Assembly: GCF_000143415.4 (NCBI RefSeq)
Contig: NW_003314271.1
Span: 868,001 to 932,000 of the forward strand
Source: Selaginella moellendorffii
Taxonomy: Eukaryota; Plantae; Lycopodiophyta
Reading direction: 5' to 3'
DNA: 64,000 nt
The notes below the pieces were generated by a model that was not told where the DNA came from, made no database searches, and was given only the letters and a program-made list of their open reading frames with translations. The position numbers and the translations under genes are program-made. Shown here in pieces: positions 36,340-48,608 of this stretch. How positions within the stretch are numbered: position 1 is the stretch's first letter; each line of letters starts with the position of its first letter.

Positions 36340-38253
36340 TCACAGGCTCAAACTCCTTGCCTGTTCTACGCCGGTAACCATTGCCGTGATGTTATTAGTT
36401 CCTTCGGCGATCTCACCCGCCGCGAATCCAAAAAAGTCAGTCTCGTTCTGCAAATGCGCTGTTAGCCCCGAGCAAATCAAAGCCCATAAAAGCTCTACTT
36501 ACATTGTGCAGGAGCTTCGACACTGCTCCTCTCGAAAACTTTCTAGCGAACAAAAAGCAGGCTCTGGGAATGCCATTGCAGCTACACCATTCCGTCCGGC
36601 CTTCCGTTTCATACTTGATGCTGTGAATTCCCTGAAAACGGTTTTCCAGTGTCTAAGTTGCCATGCTAAACGAGATAACACACCTTAATGTCTTTGATTG
36701 TCTGTGCGGAGACGTCTGCTGTGTTGAAGGTTACCGGATGCCAACGATCGTTCTCGCGTCTGTCAGATGCCTTCCAGAGTGTGTAAGTCAGCGTTCTCCT
36801 CTCGATCTCGTTTTCCACTGTTTTGATCTATAATAAAGTATAGAGTTAAAATGCAAGACACGAGGAGCAAGCGTCAAACACACCGCCAACAAGGTCTGGA
36901 TGTAATGCTCATCCGGAACGCAGTCGTTTTCCGAACTAGTCTGCAAAAAAGCATCCCATATGTGAGAGTGAAAACAAGCAGCCGCCATACCATTCCATAT
37001 TTCCTTCCAGCTTGTGGTTGCATATCCCGCTGCGATCACAAACTTTTTTCAGTAAAAAAACAAATAAACAACGACGACAAATATCCTGTTTCATTGCATG
37101 CTTCCTCTTCGTGCTTAAGCTAACCTTATGCTGATCATTTGAGACCGCTTTTTGCTTGAGTTGCGAGAACCTCTGCAAAGGAGCTCACAAACTAGCTTCG
37201 AAATGCTCTAACTCGACAAAGATCCATGGTGGCACTTATAAGTACTCTACCTTGCAATGCTCGTAGAATTTCAGCAGTATCCTAGAGTCCCCAACAACAA
37301 TCTCTGCGTGCTTTCTCAGGAGCATGAACCACTGTGTCGAAGGAGGAAAGGACACAGTCAAACTTCCGAATAACGCTTGCGGAGCTTACCTGTGATCCTT
37401 TCCTCCATTTCTCATGTGTAACAGTCGGAAACATGCGAAAGTTATAGCGTGTGTTCTTGCTTTCGATAAAACTGATAGAAAAAGAAAACCGGTGTTCATA
37501 ACATGTAGAGTGTGTCGCATTTACCTGTCAACAAAACTCTTCGGAGACGAAGTTATATACTTATAGATGTAATTAAAACTGTATAGAGGTATGCAGCTGG
37601 AACATCGCGAGATAAAACTGATCAGAATGAAGCAGCGTCGAAAAACAAAAAGGTCACCTATCGGACAGTAAAACAAAATGAGAAAGAGAAGCATCCTGTA
37701 GAGCTCTATGAAGTAAAATACGCTCAGCATCGATCATACTCGCCTCACCCCACTCCACCTGCAAAAATGATGTGATCAAATGGGTGAAAAAGAAAAGGAA
37801 GAAAAGGTGATGCTACCATGACACTATTGTTGATCTGCCGGTTCCAGAAGAAAGAAGACTCGGTGTTTGTGGCATCGTAGACAAATCCAGGCCGAGCGTG
37901 AATATAGATGCTATACAAGTGTTCTTGAGCACCCTGAGAGAAGAACAAGAAAAAAGAATGAGCAACTGTGCTGTGACTGTAAACGAAGAAAGGAAAATGC
38001 GCAAGACAATCTATACCTTGAAGAAAAGGTCCCAAACTTCTTCAACAGCTAAACGATTGCGAGCTAGAAACAAGAGAGCGATCCTCGGCGCACCGATCTT
38101 CTCAGGCACGGTGGCACGAATGCTGGCCGCGGGCATCGGCATTGTGCCCGGGGAAGATGGAAATCTGAGACCGCACAGCGCTAGGAAGAATAACAAGGCG
38201 AGCACGGAGATCCTCCACTTCCATCGGTGAAATATCGACGGCCTCTTCTTCAT
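36340..38253 (-). CDS. Core-2/I-branching GlcNAc-transferase family (DUF266/BC10-like), multi-exon; 3' end approximate
   Basis: Type II TM, RIALLFLARN, YSIYIHARPG, VEWGEASMIDAERILL, FVLLSDSCIPLYSF, WRKGSQWF, CVPDEHYIQTLL, CFLFARKF. Confidence 0.9.
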
Positions 38254-39531
38254 GGCTGGCGTCCTAGAGGCCGCGATCCATCCACGGCGTCCCCTTGTTG
38301 TCCCTACCTCTCGGATCTCCCGATCGTCTCCTCAAAGACGCCCGTGGCGTGCTATCTCGGAGGACTCCGCCATGGAAATAGGAATTAGGGCTCCACCAGA
38401 TTATTTTAGGTGCTCTGTTTTAGGGCTTTAACACAAAAGGTTATTTTAAAGGTCAGGATATAACGAATTCTAGTTAATAGTAAAATGAAGAAAACAATGT
38501 TACAAAAGAATGAATCACCAAGTTAATTCACTTCTATATATAAAATTAATTTAATTTATTAATATTTTAAAATTTATATTTAATTTATTTTGTAATGCAA
38601 TTCTTATGTACTTGAAGAGAAAATTGAAGCATATTAAAGAAAAAAAAAATGAATATATGATTATACTAGTTTAAATATAAATGTTTATCTAGATAATTTA
38701 TATATTTACATGTATATATCTGATGATAATTTGTTTATTAAAATAATATAAATTTGTTTAAATAAATATACTAATAGTAAACTAGGTTTTAAAATTAATA
38801 TTATAATAAAAAGATACAAGAAAAATTCTGATTACTTTTCACTTTTTCTGTTTTTTTTTACTTAATAACTTTTGGAATAATAGCAATGACTATGTATCTC
38901 AAGAAGACTTAAATATTCATTTTAACAGCTCAATCAAATAATTTACTATAAAAAGGCAGACACAGAGACTACTTAAAAATGCTCTTCACATCAATTACTA
39001 CCTGGAAAAGTTTACTCTAGTTGTATAGCTTATCTAATGAACAGGATTGGTTTCAAAATCTAATATTCAAAAAATCTTAATTACTATAGACATAAAAATC
39101 TGGGTGACGATTGTTTACCCTAGGCTGTCGTGCCCACCTGAGACTTGAGTGAACCTAGATTACTTTTACCAATATTGTGAAAAAAGTCATGCTTTCCCTG
39201 CTGTTTAGTATTTTTCTCAAATTATTTGAGCTGCGCTTGACAGTACGTATCGTGGATAATCTCTGGTTGCCGAAGGTGGAACCCGGTGTCTCGTCTTTCA
39301 CGAGTATTAACATCATTGAAAAGTACAATAGTTTGCTGACGTGATTTTATTGGAGCTCACAAAAAAGTTGACAAACTTTTCTTTGTTTTCAACAAACTTT
39401 GGACGTGGAATGTGCCAAGCACGTCCACAACCGATTCTTCTGCCCATTCGCACAGTCTTGCTGCTTCCCATAACCCCCAACAAGATCTTGGACGTCAGAT
39501 TTGACCTTTTCTGCACCTTTATGAGGATTGT

Positions 39532-40437
39532 TTAACAAGTTATTCCATTTACTTTTAATGCTGGAAATAGATCCAATACCTCATTTGTTTCACCAGAGGG
39601 CTGAAGTTGCACATAAGAAAGATCCCCTTTGGAAGTAAAACTTGTCACAACTTCCTGCCTTGCATAATGATTGCTCAGTGGCGGAGGAGCCATGCCCAGC
39701 TCAATTCCTTCCACATTTGCGCTATCCCTCAGCTTGGCAAGCTTTCCCGCAGGACTTCTGACAACCTCCCCCCTGCCACCTTTTCTCTTTCCACCAGTGG
39801 CGAGGCTGAGGCTGAGGCTGAGGCTGAGACCAACAATCTCCTCCGAGATCTCCATCCCAGCGTCGTCTGATCTCATCTCAGAAACTGGCAATGTTTGTCC
39901 TCGAAAACTGCTGCTCGATGCAGACCTCGAGTCGAGCGTAAGGGTGTAGCCTTCGCCCGGATGCTGCACAATGTATCTCAGCTTGCACCCGATGCTGCAA
40001 AACTTGAACTTCCCGTTTTCCAGATCCGCGATCTCCTCGGGCGTCCGGTGCTTTTCCTTGCCGGTGGAGTGCCTCCGGCCACACGAGATGCAGATTTGGG
40101 CCTTCCCCTGCGGGCTCTGCTGGTTGGACGTGGGGCGGTCGATGTAAACGCCGAACTTGAAGTTGCAGTAGTACCACTGCACGTCGCTCACGTCCAGGAG
40201 GTGTTTGATCTCATCGACCCTGATGGACATCTGCCGCGAGGATTTGAGGATCTTGACGATTTCGTGGGGGTTGTCGTCATGGCACGCATCGCAGACGACG
40301 TCCTCGCAGCGAGTGCAGAAGTTCTTGAAGGTGCGAGAGCACACGCACTTCAGGCCCAGTTGATTCTCGGGCCGCGTGATGCGAGCCAAGGAAATCAGCA
40401 TTGGCAACCACTTTGGACCTTGGCTCTTTGAATCCAT
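39532..40437 (-). CDS. PLATZ zinc-binding transcription factor-like, single coding exon
   Basis: PKWL, CVC..NFCTRC..VCDACH..H, IRVDEIKHLLDVSDVQWY..VYIDRP, CISCGR..FKFCSIGCKL. Confidence 0.85.
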   Translation of the reverse strand: MDSKSQGPKWLPMLISLARITRPENQLGLKCVCSRTFKNFCTRCEDVVCDACHDDNPHEIVKILKSSRQMSIRVDEIKHLLDVSDVQWYYCNFKFGVYIDRPTSNQQSPQGKAQICISCGRRHSTGKEKHRTPEEIADLENGKFKFCSIGCKLRYIVQHPGEGYTLTLDSRSASSSSFRGQTLPVSEMRSDDAGMEISEEIVGLSLSLSLSLATGGKRKGGRGEVVRSPAGKLAKLRDSANVEGIELGMAPPPLSNHYARQEVVTSFTSKGDLSYVQLQPSGETNEVLDLFPALKVNGITC

Positions 40438-40668
40438 TAACGCTGCCCTAGGAAAAGAAAGCGTTCAATATATACAGTACTTTCAAAGGGATAGCAAAAA
40501 GGAAGCACTATTTTAGTAAAATATATTATCACAATCTATCCACCGGAATTAAACCTTTTTAATAAATGAGAACGAGAAAATTTTTGCTAAGATTATCGCC
40601 GTGTTCTGACTCTATTTTATTGAACTCACGACGTTCCTACACTACCTCAGTGACAACAAAAACGGCGC

Positions 40669-43600
40669 TCACTTGCCACCACCGCTTTGAGCCCAGTACT
40701 CTTTGACAAGCTTTGCGAACAGAGAGTCCGGATTCTGGAGAAGCTTTTGAGGACTCTCGTACTCTGCCAATCGACCTGTTCGGTTTTCGAGGTTTAGAAA
40801 TCCGAGAGCACAAAAGAGACAAAAAAACTACCACTTACCATCGTGCAGTGCCATAACTCTATCGCTGTCAATCACCGTTGGTATCCTGTGAGCGACCGTC
40901 ACCACGGTGCACGAAGCAAACTCCTCCCTTATGACTTTCTGGAGGACTGCATCCGTGGTTGAATCGATAGAGGCCGTAGCTTCGTCCAGAACCAGAATTC
41001 GCGACCGTCGGAGGAGAACACGACCGAGACAAAACAGCTGCCTCTGCCCCGCGCTCCAGTTTCCACCCTCATCAGCCACTACAAAGGCATGTCATTAACA
41101 AAACCAGGGGAAAATGGAGACTTTATAGTACCTCCTGATTCAAGCTGTTCCGGCAGTGATCGGATCACGTCACCCATTTGACATTTGTCAAGAGTCTGAA
41201 GAAAATTCTGCTTAACACAAAGAAAAAAAAGGTTGAAACAAACTTACCTCCCATATTTCCTGGTCAGAATAAGAACCGAGCGGATCCAAGTTCGACCGTA
41301 CTGTTCCACGGAAGAGCGTTGGTTCCTGAGGTATGATCCCCAACTTCGTTCGCAAATCCCGAAGCCCGATAGAGCATATGTCGATTCCGTCGATTAGAAT
41401 TGTTCCACCGACTGGCTCCACAAGACGAAACAAAGCTCCAATCAGCGTCGTCTTCCCACTGCCGGTTCTCCCAACAACACCAACTTTGTGGCCTCCTTGA
41501 ATGGTGCAGCTGATTCCTCTGAGCACCAGAGGCGAGTTTGGCCGGTACCGGATCTAAAAAAAATGTTTCGCGTCATGCTCGGACTGGAATGCTCGGACTG
41601 AAATAGCTTTATTACCTGAAGTTTTTCCAGTACGATCTCTCCCTTGCTAGGCCATTCAGGAGGTGGTCGGTTGTTCTCAATAATAGGTGGAGCCTCAACT
41701 GGGACATTCATGTATTGCTTGATACGCTCGACTGAGACAATGGTGTTGGCTAACTGGCAGTACCATTGTGTGAGAACCACAAGACTAATGTTCACGAGAG
41801 CTCCATACGAAAGTCCCATACCAGCAAGGCCTGAAAATACATGAAACGGTTGTGATACATGGATGTGGGATGGAGTTTTACATACCTGGGCCGATGTCGA
41901 AAGTCGACAGCATTATACCAAAAATGCACAGCAGCACAGTCCCGCACGATTCTACACGTAGCACAAGCCATTCCATCACCGAATAGTTATGCATATATAG
42001 AGAAACATCCTTGTCGAGAAGGACCAAGTTCTTCTGCCTGAACTCGTCTGCTACTCCGAAAGCTCGAATCGAAGTAACGCCGTTAATAGTCTCGCCAGAC
42101 ATGTTGACAATTGGTGCTTTCGTCATAGCGTTCAGCCTCATGAGCGACTGTGCAGTGGAGCGGAAATATTTCTGCCAAATCACAAATTTTAGCGCCAACA
42201 ACAAAATTAAAAACTAACAACAGTTACCTCGACTCGTTTGATCATGTACAACATCGGTATGACGAAGACGAAGTACGGCCAGACCACGTAAATCAGTATG
42301 ATGAAAACGCTGGGAAGATCAAACAGGAACCCGATTATGATGTTCGAGATTTGGTTGAGGTCGATGTCCAGTAAACTCATGTCATTCGAGGCCTGATCCA
42401 GACTCACCCGTAAGCTCACGGAAAAAGGTAAAAGGTAAAAACGAGACTTACCCTGCTCAGAATCCTTCCTGTCGGTGTTGAATCGAAGAAGGACATTGGC
42501 GCCTTGAACAGAGAATCCATCAATCTGTAGAAGAACTCCCTAGAAGCCTTAAGCCCCATAGCAATATGAGCTCTCATCCTTATGATAAAACAAAAGCTCG
42601 TCGACCAGGAGATCAAAGTGTATCCACCAACAAGCAGCTTCGCATTGATGTCCGGATTCTGAACCTGGATTGCGAGATATAAACTTGCGGCAGCCTGACC
42701 AGCAACCAGACCCGCCTGCGCGACTAGATCCACAATGAAGAAAAATCTCGCCTTGGAGATTGTCAGATAATCCTTGTAAGGCTGGAGACCCAGGTCTCCA
42801 ACCCCCATCTCTTCCTTCTCGGTCAGTTGAGAAGCCGTGAACGATTCGCTATGATCTTGCTGCTTTTTGCTGGAATTCCTTCTTACGATACTGATGTGCC
42901 TCTTGAACTCAGGGTCCTTGTTAGATTTGCTTTCACTCATCTGCTGCTCCTGCTGCTGATTGTTGAAGTTATCCAAAGCCTCCTTGTGAGCATTGACAAG
43001 CTTCTCAAACGCGAGACCTGACTCAACTAGTTCGTCATAGTTACCACTCTGTAAGACTTCGCCATCTTGCATCACCTGCACACGGAAGTCGTTTGTGAGC
43101 TTGAGCTTATAATTCTGAAAAATCAAAACACTCACCAAAATCTTGTCAACCGCAGGTAGGAACTCTACTTGATGAGTAACGAGCAACACAGTTTTACCAG
43201 CCAATGCTTTCATAACACAATCCTGTTAAAACCCCTTTAGTAAACCAGAAAAGAAATCTCAGGAACTTACATGAAAGAGAGTTGCAGCTGTGTGAGCATC
43301 CACAGCACTGAAAGGATCATCCAGAAAATAGATATCCGAGTCGTAATACACCGCCCGAGCAAGTTGAATTCTCTGCTTCTGGCCACCGCTGAGATTTAGC
43401 CCCCTCTCGCCAATCTCAGTCTTGTCACCATGCGGAAGTATCTTCAAGTCGGATTCAAGAGCGCAAGCCTTGAGAACGTTCTGGTATTTCTGCTCGTCAT
43501 AAGGTTTGCCAAATACCACATTGTCTCTTATCGTGCCAGTTTGGATCCATGCAGACTGAGAGACATAAGCCACTGTCCCATAGAGTTGCACCTACAGGAA

Positions 43601-45993
43601 AGAAAGAAAAAAAAAAAAAACACAATGAAAGAAAGATTCGTCAAACGTAAATAGAACATTAACTTACTGTTCCAGACATCTTGGGAATCTCTCCGAGTAA
43701 AGCGGACAACAACGACGTCTTGCCAGAGCCAACAGCACCACAAATGGCCACTTTATCACCGCGATGTATCTCAAAGTTTGCATTCTTGAGGCTCGGGTGT
43801 GAACCATCCCAGCTAAAGAATCCCCCTCGCGCGCGCACAACAACGTCGCTCCCCTTGAGAGACCTCCGATCGACAGCGTTTGTATCAACTTCTTCGTCCT
43901 GGAGGAACCTCCCGAGCCTTAACAGCGAGACTTTCACCTGGAAGAAGGAAAACGTGAGAGCAATTAAAAGAAAGAAATTGCAAGTCGTCAACACAAGATC
44001 CATGGAAAAGTTGACACATCAGCGGACGAATCCTACTGACAGGAAAACGATGCAATGACAAAGAAACCAGGAAACGTGGACAAGCATGAACAGCCCAGTG
44101 TATGATCTAAAAATCTAAAGAACGAAGTTGCGACTTTCAAAAAAAATTAAAGGAAAGATGGACGATGAGAACTCACCTGGGTGATGATCGCTAGAAGCTC
44201 GGGGACGATCCTCACGGGCTCCTGCGTGTTCCCAAACGCCGAGAAGACCGTGAAGATCACCGCGGCCGTGAGCTTGTTCCCGAGAAAGGCATACCCGGCA
44301 AGAGCAACCGCGACCGCCACCGTGTAGCTAAACCAAAACGTGATGAGCGAGACGCTCCTCTTGCCGTGCATGGATCCCAGCCACTGGAGCTCCTCCTCCC
44401 TGTGCTGCTTGATCAGCGTCTTGAATTCCTCCTCCCACGCCTGGAGCTTGATGATCTTCATGCTGGTGAGGATCTCCGTGGTAGCCCTCAATCGCTTGTC
44501 CTGCGCGACCATGAAATTCGTCTGCGCGCGCTGGAGGAGGCGGCTGGTGGGGATCTGGATGCACGCCGTAACGACGAGCACGGCAACGCACGCCAGGGTC
44601 GCCAATCCGATCGTCCCTACGAGAATGCCGATGGCGATCCCTAGCTGGAGGACGAGCGTCCATGTATAGTGCATCCACCACGCAAAATCCCCCAGCCGGT
44701 ACGCATCCACGCCGATGTAGCTCACGATCTCGCCCGCGCCATGGCGCTGCTTGGCCGAATTCGCGAGCCGGAGCTGCTTCTCGTAGACCTCGGCGATGAC
44801 GGCCGATCGCAGGCGCGCGCCGACGAGGCGCGATTGGAAGCTCCAGTGCCGCTGCGAGATGGACTGGAGGAATTTCGCGGCCGTGAGGCCGAGGATGATG
44901 GCGAAGCCCTCGACCCGGAAGAACCCTAATTTTTCCCCCTGGGGCTTTGCCACCGAGCGCACGAAGAAATACGTGAAGAGCGGCGAGGAGGAGAGCGCTA
45001 GGGTTCTTACGAGCGCCAGGAATCCGGTGTAGAGGAATTCCTTGCCGAAGCATCCGGCCAGCGCCTTGAAGACGGAGATCCTGGCGCCGTGCTTGCGCTG
45101 GAGCTCCAGGCGCTGCGCGAAATCGAGGTGATTGGTCTGGGCGCTATACTCCGGTGGAAGATCGGGGATGTCCTGGAGCTCCAGCGGCCTGGAATGGCCG
45201 AGGTCGAGCAGTGGATTCATCCACGAGAAGGAGAGCTGGCTCCAGAATCCCGCAGTCGCTAGCGGCGTCACATTCTTCTCGGGGATCTCTACTCCGCCAT
45301 CGCCGTTGAGCAGCGGCGTCGCGAGATCGCGCTCCTCGTCGCGCTGTTCTTGCCCGCTCCAGATCTCGCGGAGCTTCACCGCCGCCGCCGCAAGGAGGAC
45401 GCAGCACACCGGCCACGCCGCGATGGAGAGAATGCCATAGACCGTGAGTGCCGACGAGGACTCCCGGACGAGCACCGCGATCGTCCACGCCGTGATCACC
45501 GTGTTCATCACGAACATCGCGATCCACCAGACGCAAGCTGTGACCTTCGCGGCGCGACGAACGCCGGACGCCATCGCCGAGTAGCCCACGCCGCCCCACG
45601 AGATCGTCTGGGCGAGCCAGAAGACCCAGACGATGGAATCGACCGGCCACTCGGTCGCGAGCAGCCATAGCAGCACCGCGAGCTGGGCGAGCGCGACCAG
45701 GCTCGCTAGAACGCCCACCACGATCGACCACCGCGACCTCCTCCTGGATCCAGTGTTCTTGCGCGATGCGATGTGGACGATCACGAAGGCGAAGAAGAAG
45801 GCGAGCTTGAGGATGCAAGTGATCGCGTTCTCGGTGCGCGGTAGCACCGCCCAGGAGGACTGGAACCGGGTGGAGCAAATCGATTGGAGCTGGATCCAAG
45901 CATCTGGCAAGAACAAAGCGATACGAACGAATCAGCGCCAAGAACACATCGATCTATCGCTCGCTCACCTTGGACCTCAGGTCGGACCTTCAT
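40669..45993 (-). CDS. ABC transporter C family (MRP; ABCC8/ABCC10-like), multi-exon
   Basis: TMD0/TMD1; NBD1 [25 protein letters not shown]; [13 protein letters not shown]; NBD2 [24 protein letters not shown]; end [13 protein letters not shown]. Probable first exon MKVRPEVQ|gtgag. Confidence 0.95.
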
Positions 45994-47719
45994 CGCTGAG
46001 TCAAGTATCACTCCTCTCACGAAGAGCCAGCGACCATCTAGCGCTCCTCAATCCACCATAGCCGAGTGGATTCTACCTCAAATCCACCATAGCTAAGCTC
46101 TGCCTAGCTAGCTCTCGGAGGATGTGTGGTAGCGCGGGCGATCGATCGCTATGACTGAATTAATTGTAACCGGCGGCCTTGCTGGTCACTGCTCCTTCAT
46201 TCATTCCAAATTCCTCGTCCTCCGGCCAAATTTTTTCGTGCCAGTACCAACAGAAGCAAAGCAAGGGAGCCGCGAGAGAGAGAGTTATCTTTCTTCCTCG
46301 GTGATGTGTCACTCTCCTCCGCCACGTCGGACTTTTCCGCCTATGACGTGGTCTAGCTGGACATAATTCTTAAATGCCCCATTTGTTACCTGGCGCGAAC
46401 TGTCCGGCAAGAACCACGTGGGCGGCGATCTGACGGATACCGGCGTAACAGCTCGGCCCCAAATCGACGGCTCACAGGCCTGTGGCTCCCAGCCGAGCCA
46501 CGCACTTGGAGCTTTGACGGGCAGCCAGGGGTGATATAATCAGTTGCTGGCTGGCTGTGGAGCTGACACATTTGTAGTTTGGAAAGAATCGAAATTCTCC
46601 AACCCAAACGTCCAGGTACATGATTCTTTGTATTCACAGATCGAAGGCACGCAACGCAGCAAGCAACTGAGATCTTTCCTCCAGCAAGGAGTGATTGAAT
46701 TCTTCTCGAAAAGCTTGGGTCTCATCTGATCGTAAGTTTAGGGGGATCTTTGTGAAGGAGTCCTGGACACCGGATAAATGGAGGATGCTTTAGAAAATTT
46801 TGGGAAAACGCTGGCATTGAGGAGGCTTAGTCAAGCCCAACACTTGAGTCAATTGGCTCAATGCAAATTCCTCCCTTGTCTTTTTGTTTCCAGAAGTCCA
46901 ACCCGATCGCCCACACTCCGATTTTTTAAGAGTGCATGGAATACAAAATGGACTCTTTCATTGACACGGAGTACGAAGATTTTAGGGTTCTATGGGGTTT
47001 TGATTTTAGGGCTTTCCCATGGAGAAGCGCAGGCGATCGCACGCCATCCACAAGCGGGCATGCTTCGCGAAGCTGGGCCCTGGGGCGAGGAAGGGGAAGA
47101 CTACGAGCCCTAATTCTTCCCCGGGACCTGCGAATTTGGACAAGTATTTGAATGAAGAGGGGGAGTTGTGGGCGGAAAGAGTTTGTGGCGCAGTGGTGGG
47201 TTAAAATCTCTCCTTGTTTTTTTTTTTGAGGTGATCTTTAGTGAAGCTTTGCTAATAGATAGCCATGGCGTGTTTGAAGATGGTGGCTATGGAGCGTGCT
47301 GCCACCCTTGGTGACCTGAAGCTGGCCGGGGTTTTGAGTTGGGAAACTCTCCAGGGCATTTGTAAGTAAGATTTGGGCTTTGTTTGCTTGGCTCTTACTT
47401 AGGTTTGTTTTTCTAGCGATTGCTCTTGAGGAGTTTAGAGAGCAACGGCTTTCTGCTCGTCTGGCGGAATATCAAAATCATTGAAGAAAAGAGATGTGTT
47501 TTCTCTTTCTCAAGTTCTCAAGGACAAGAGAAGACATTGCAAGCAGGCCCCTTTTTGGAACTGAAAGAATTCAAGACATGTAGTCGGTAAATCACTCTTC
47601 TCTACGATAAAGCTTAGCGTGTAGGGTGCTACTGTAGTGTCAAGCCAAGTGTAAGTGCTGTAGTTGCAAGAGTTTTTTTCAATGTTTGAGTTGGACATTG
47701 CAAGAAAGTATTCCATTCT

Positions 47720-47865
47720 TCATGCTGTATTCTTCGTTTTGTGGCCCAAGGCCCTGAAATTTGGGTTTTACTCCAAGACATGTGGCATATGACATGTGGT
47801 ATATAAAAGGTTTATAGTTATCCTATGGTTATTCACCATAGGGTAAAGGTGAAAACCACATGCAT
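47720..47865 (+). mobile_element. 3' end fragment of the same LTR family as 30906-31939 and 56400-57553
   Basis: gtggcccaaggccctgaa..catgtggcat..ttatcctatggt..accatagggtaaaggtgaaaaccaca. The adjacent 47836-47968 is locally duplicated. Confidence 0.65.
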
Positions 47866-48608
47866 TTGGAATAATATTATCTTTATTAGGTTTATAAATG
47901 ATTTTAATACCATAGGGTAAAGGTGAAAACCACATATTATCTTTATTAGGTTTATAAATGATTTTAACATTAAATTTAGTGAGCTTCTCTGGCTAGTGAG
48001 TTTACTTTCATGTAAGCCTTAACTATATAACAAAGTAGCTCAATATGTTATTATCTGTATAAACCTTGGTATGTCCACATAAATAATGTCTCTAATATTT
48101 TAACATTGCCACTATAGCACACAATCACAATTTTGCTACAACACAGCACCAATAATATAACTAGATATATCACAATGCACTTCAAAGAATTTATCAAGAT
48201 CTGAAATCTTAAGAACAAAAACCGTAGTCAAGATCTCCTTCAACCGTACAAAAGCACGCTGACAAATTTGTGTCCAATAAAACTGAATACTACCTTTCAT
48301 TAATTTATCAAGATCTGAAATCCTAAGAACAAAAACCGTAGTCAAAATCTCCTTCAACCGTACAAAAGCACGCTGACAAATTTGTGTCCAATAAAACTGA
48401 ATACTACCCTTCATTAATTTAGTCAATAGAAGAACAATACTTGCAAAATTGCAAACAAACTTGCAATAATATCCCGTCAAACTGAGAGAGGAATGAACAT
48501 CTAATACAGTAATTGGGATTTCCTAGGACTTCACCACTTCCACCTTCTTTGGATCCATTTTAATTATGCCACCACCAACTATATGTCCAAGAAAGTTTAT
48601 GCGCAATT

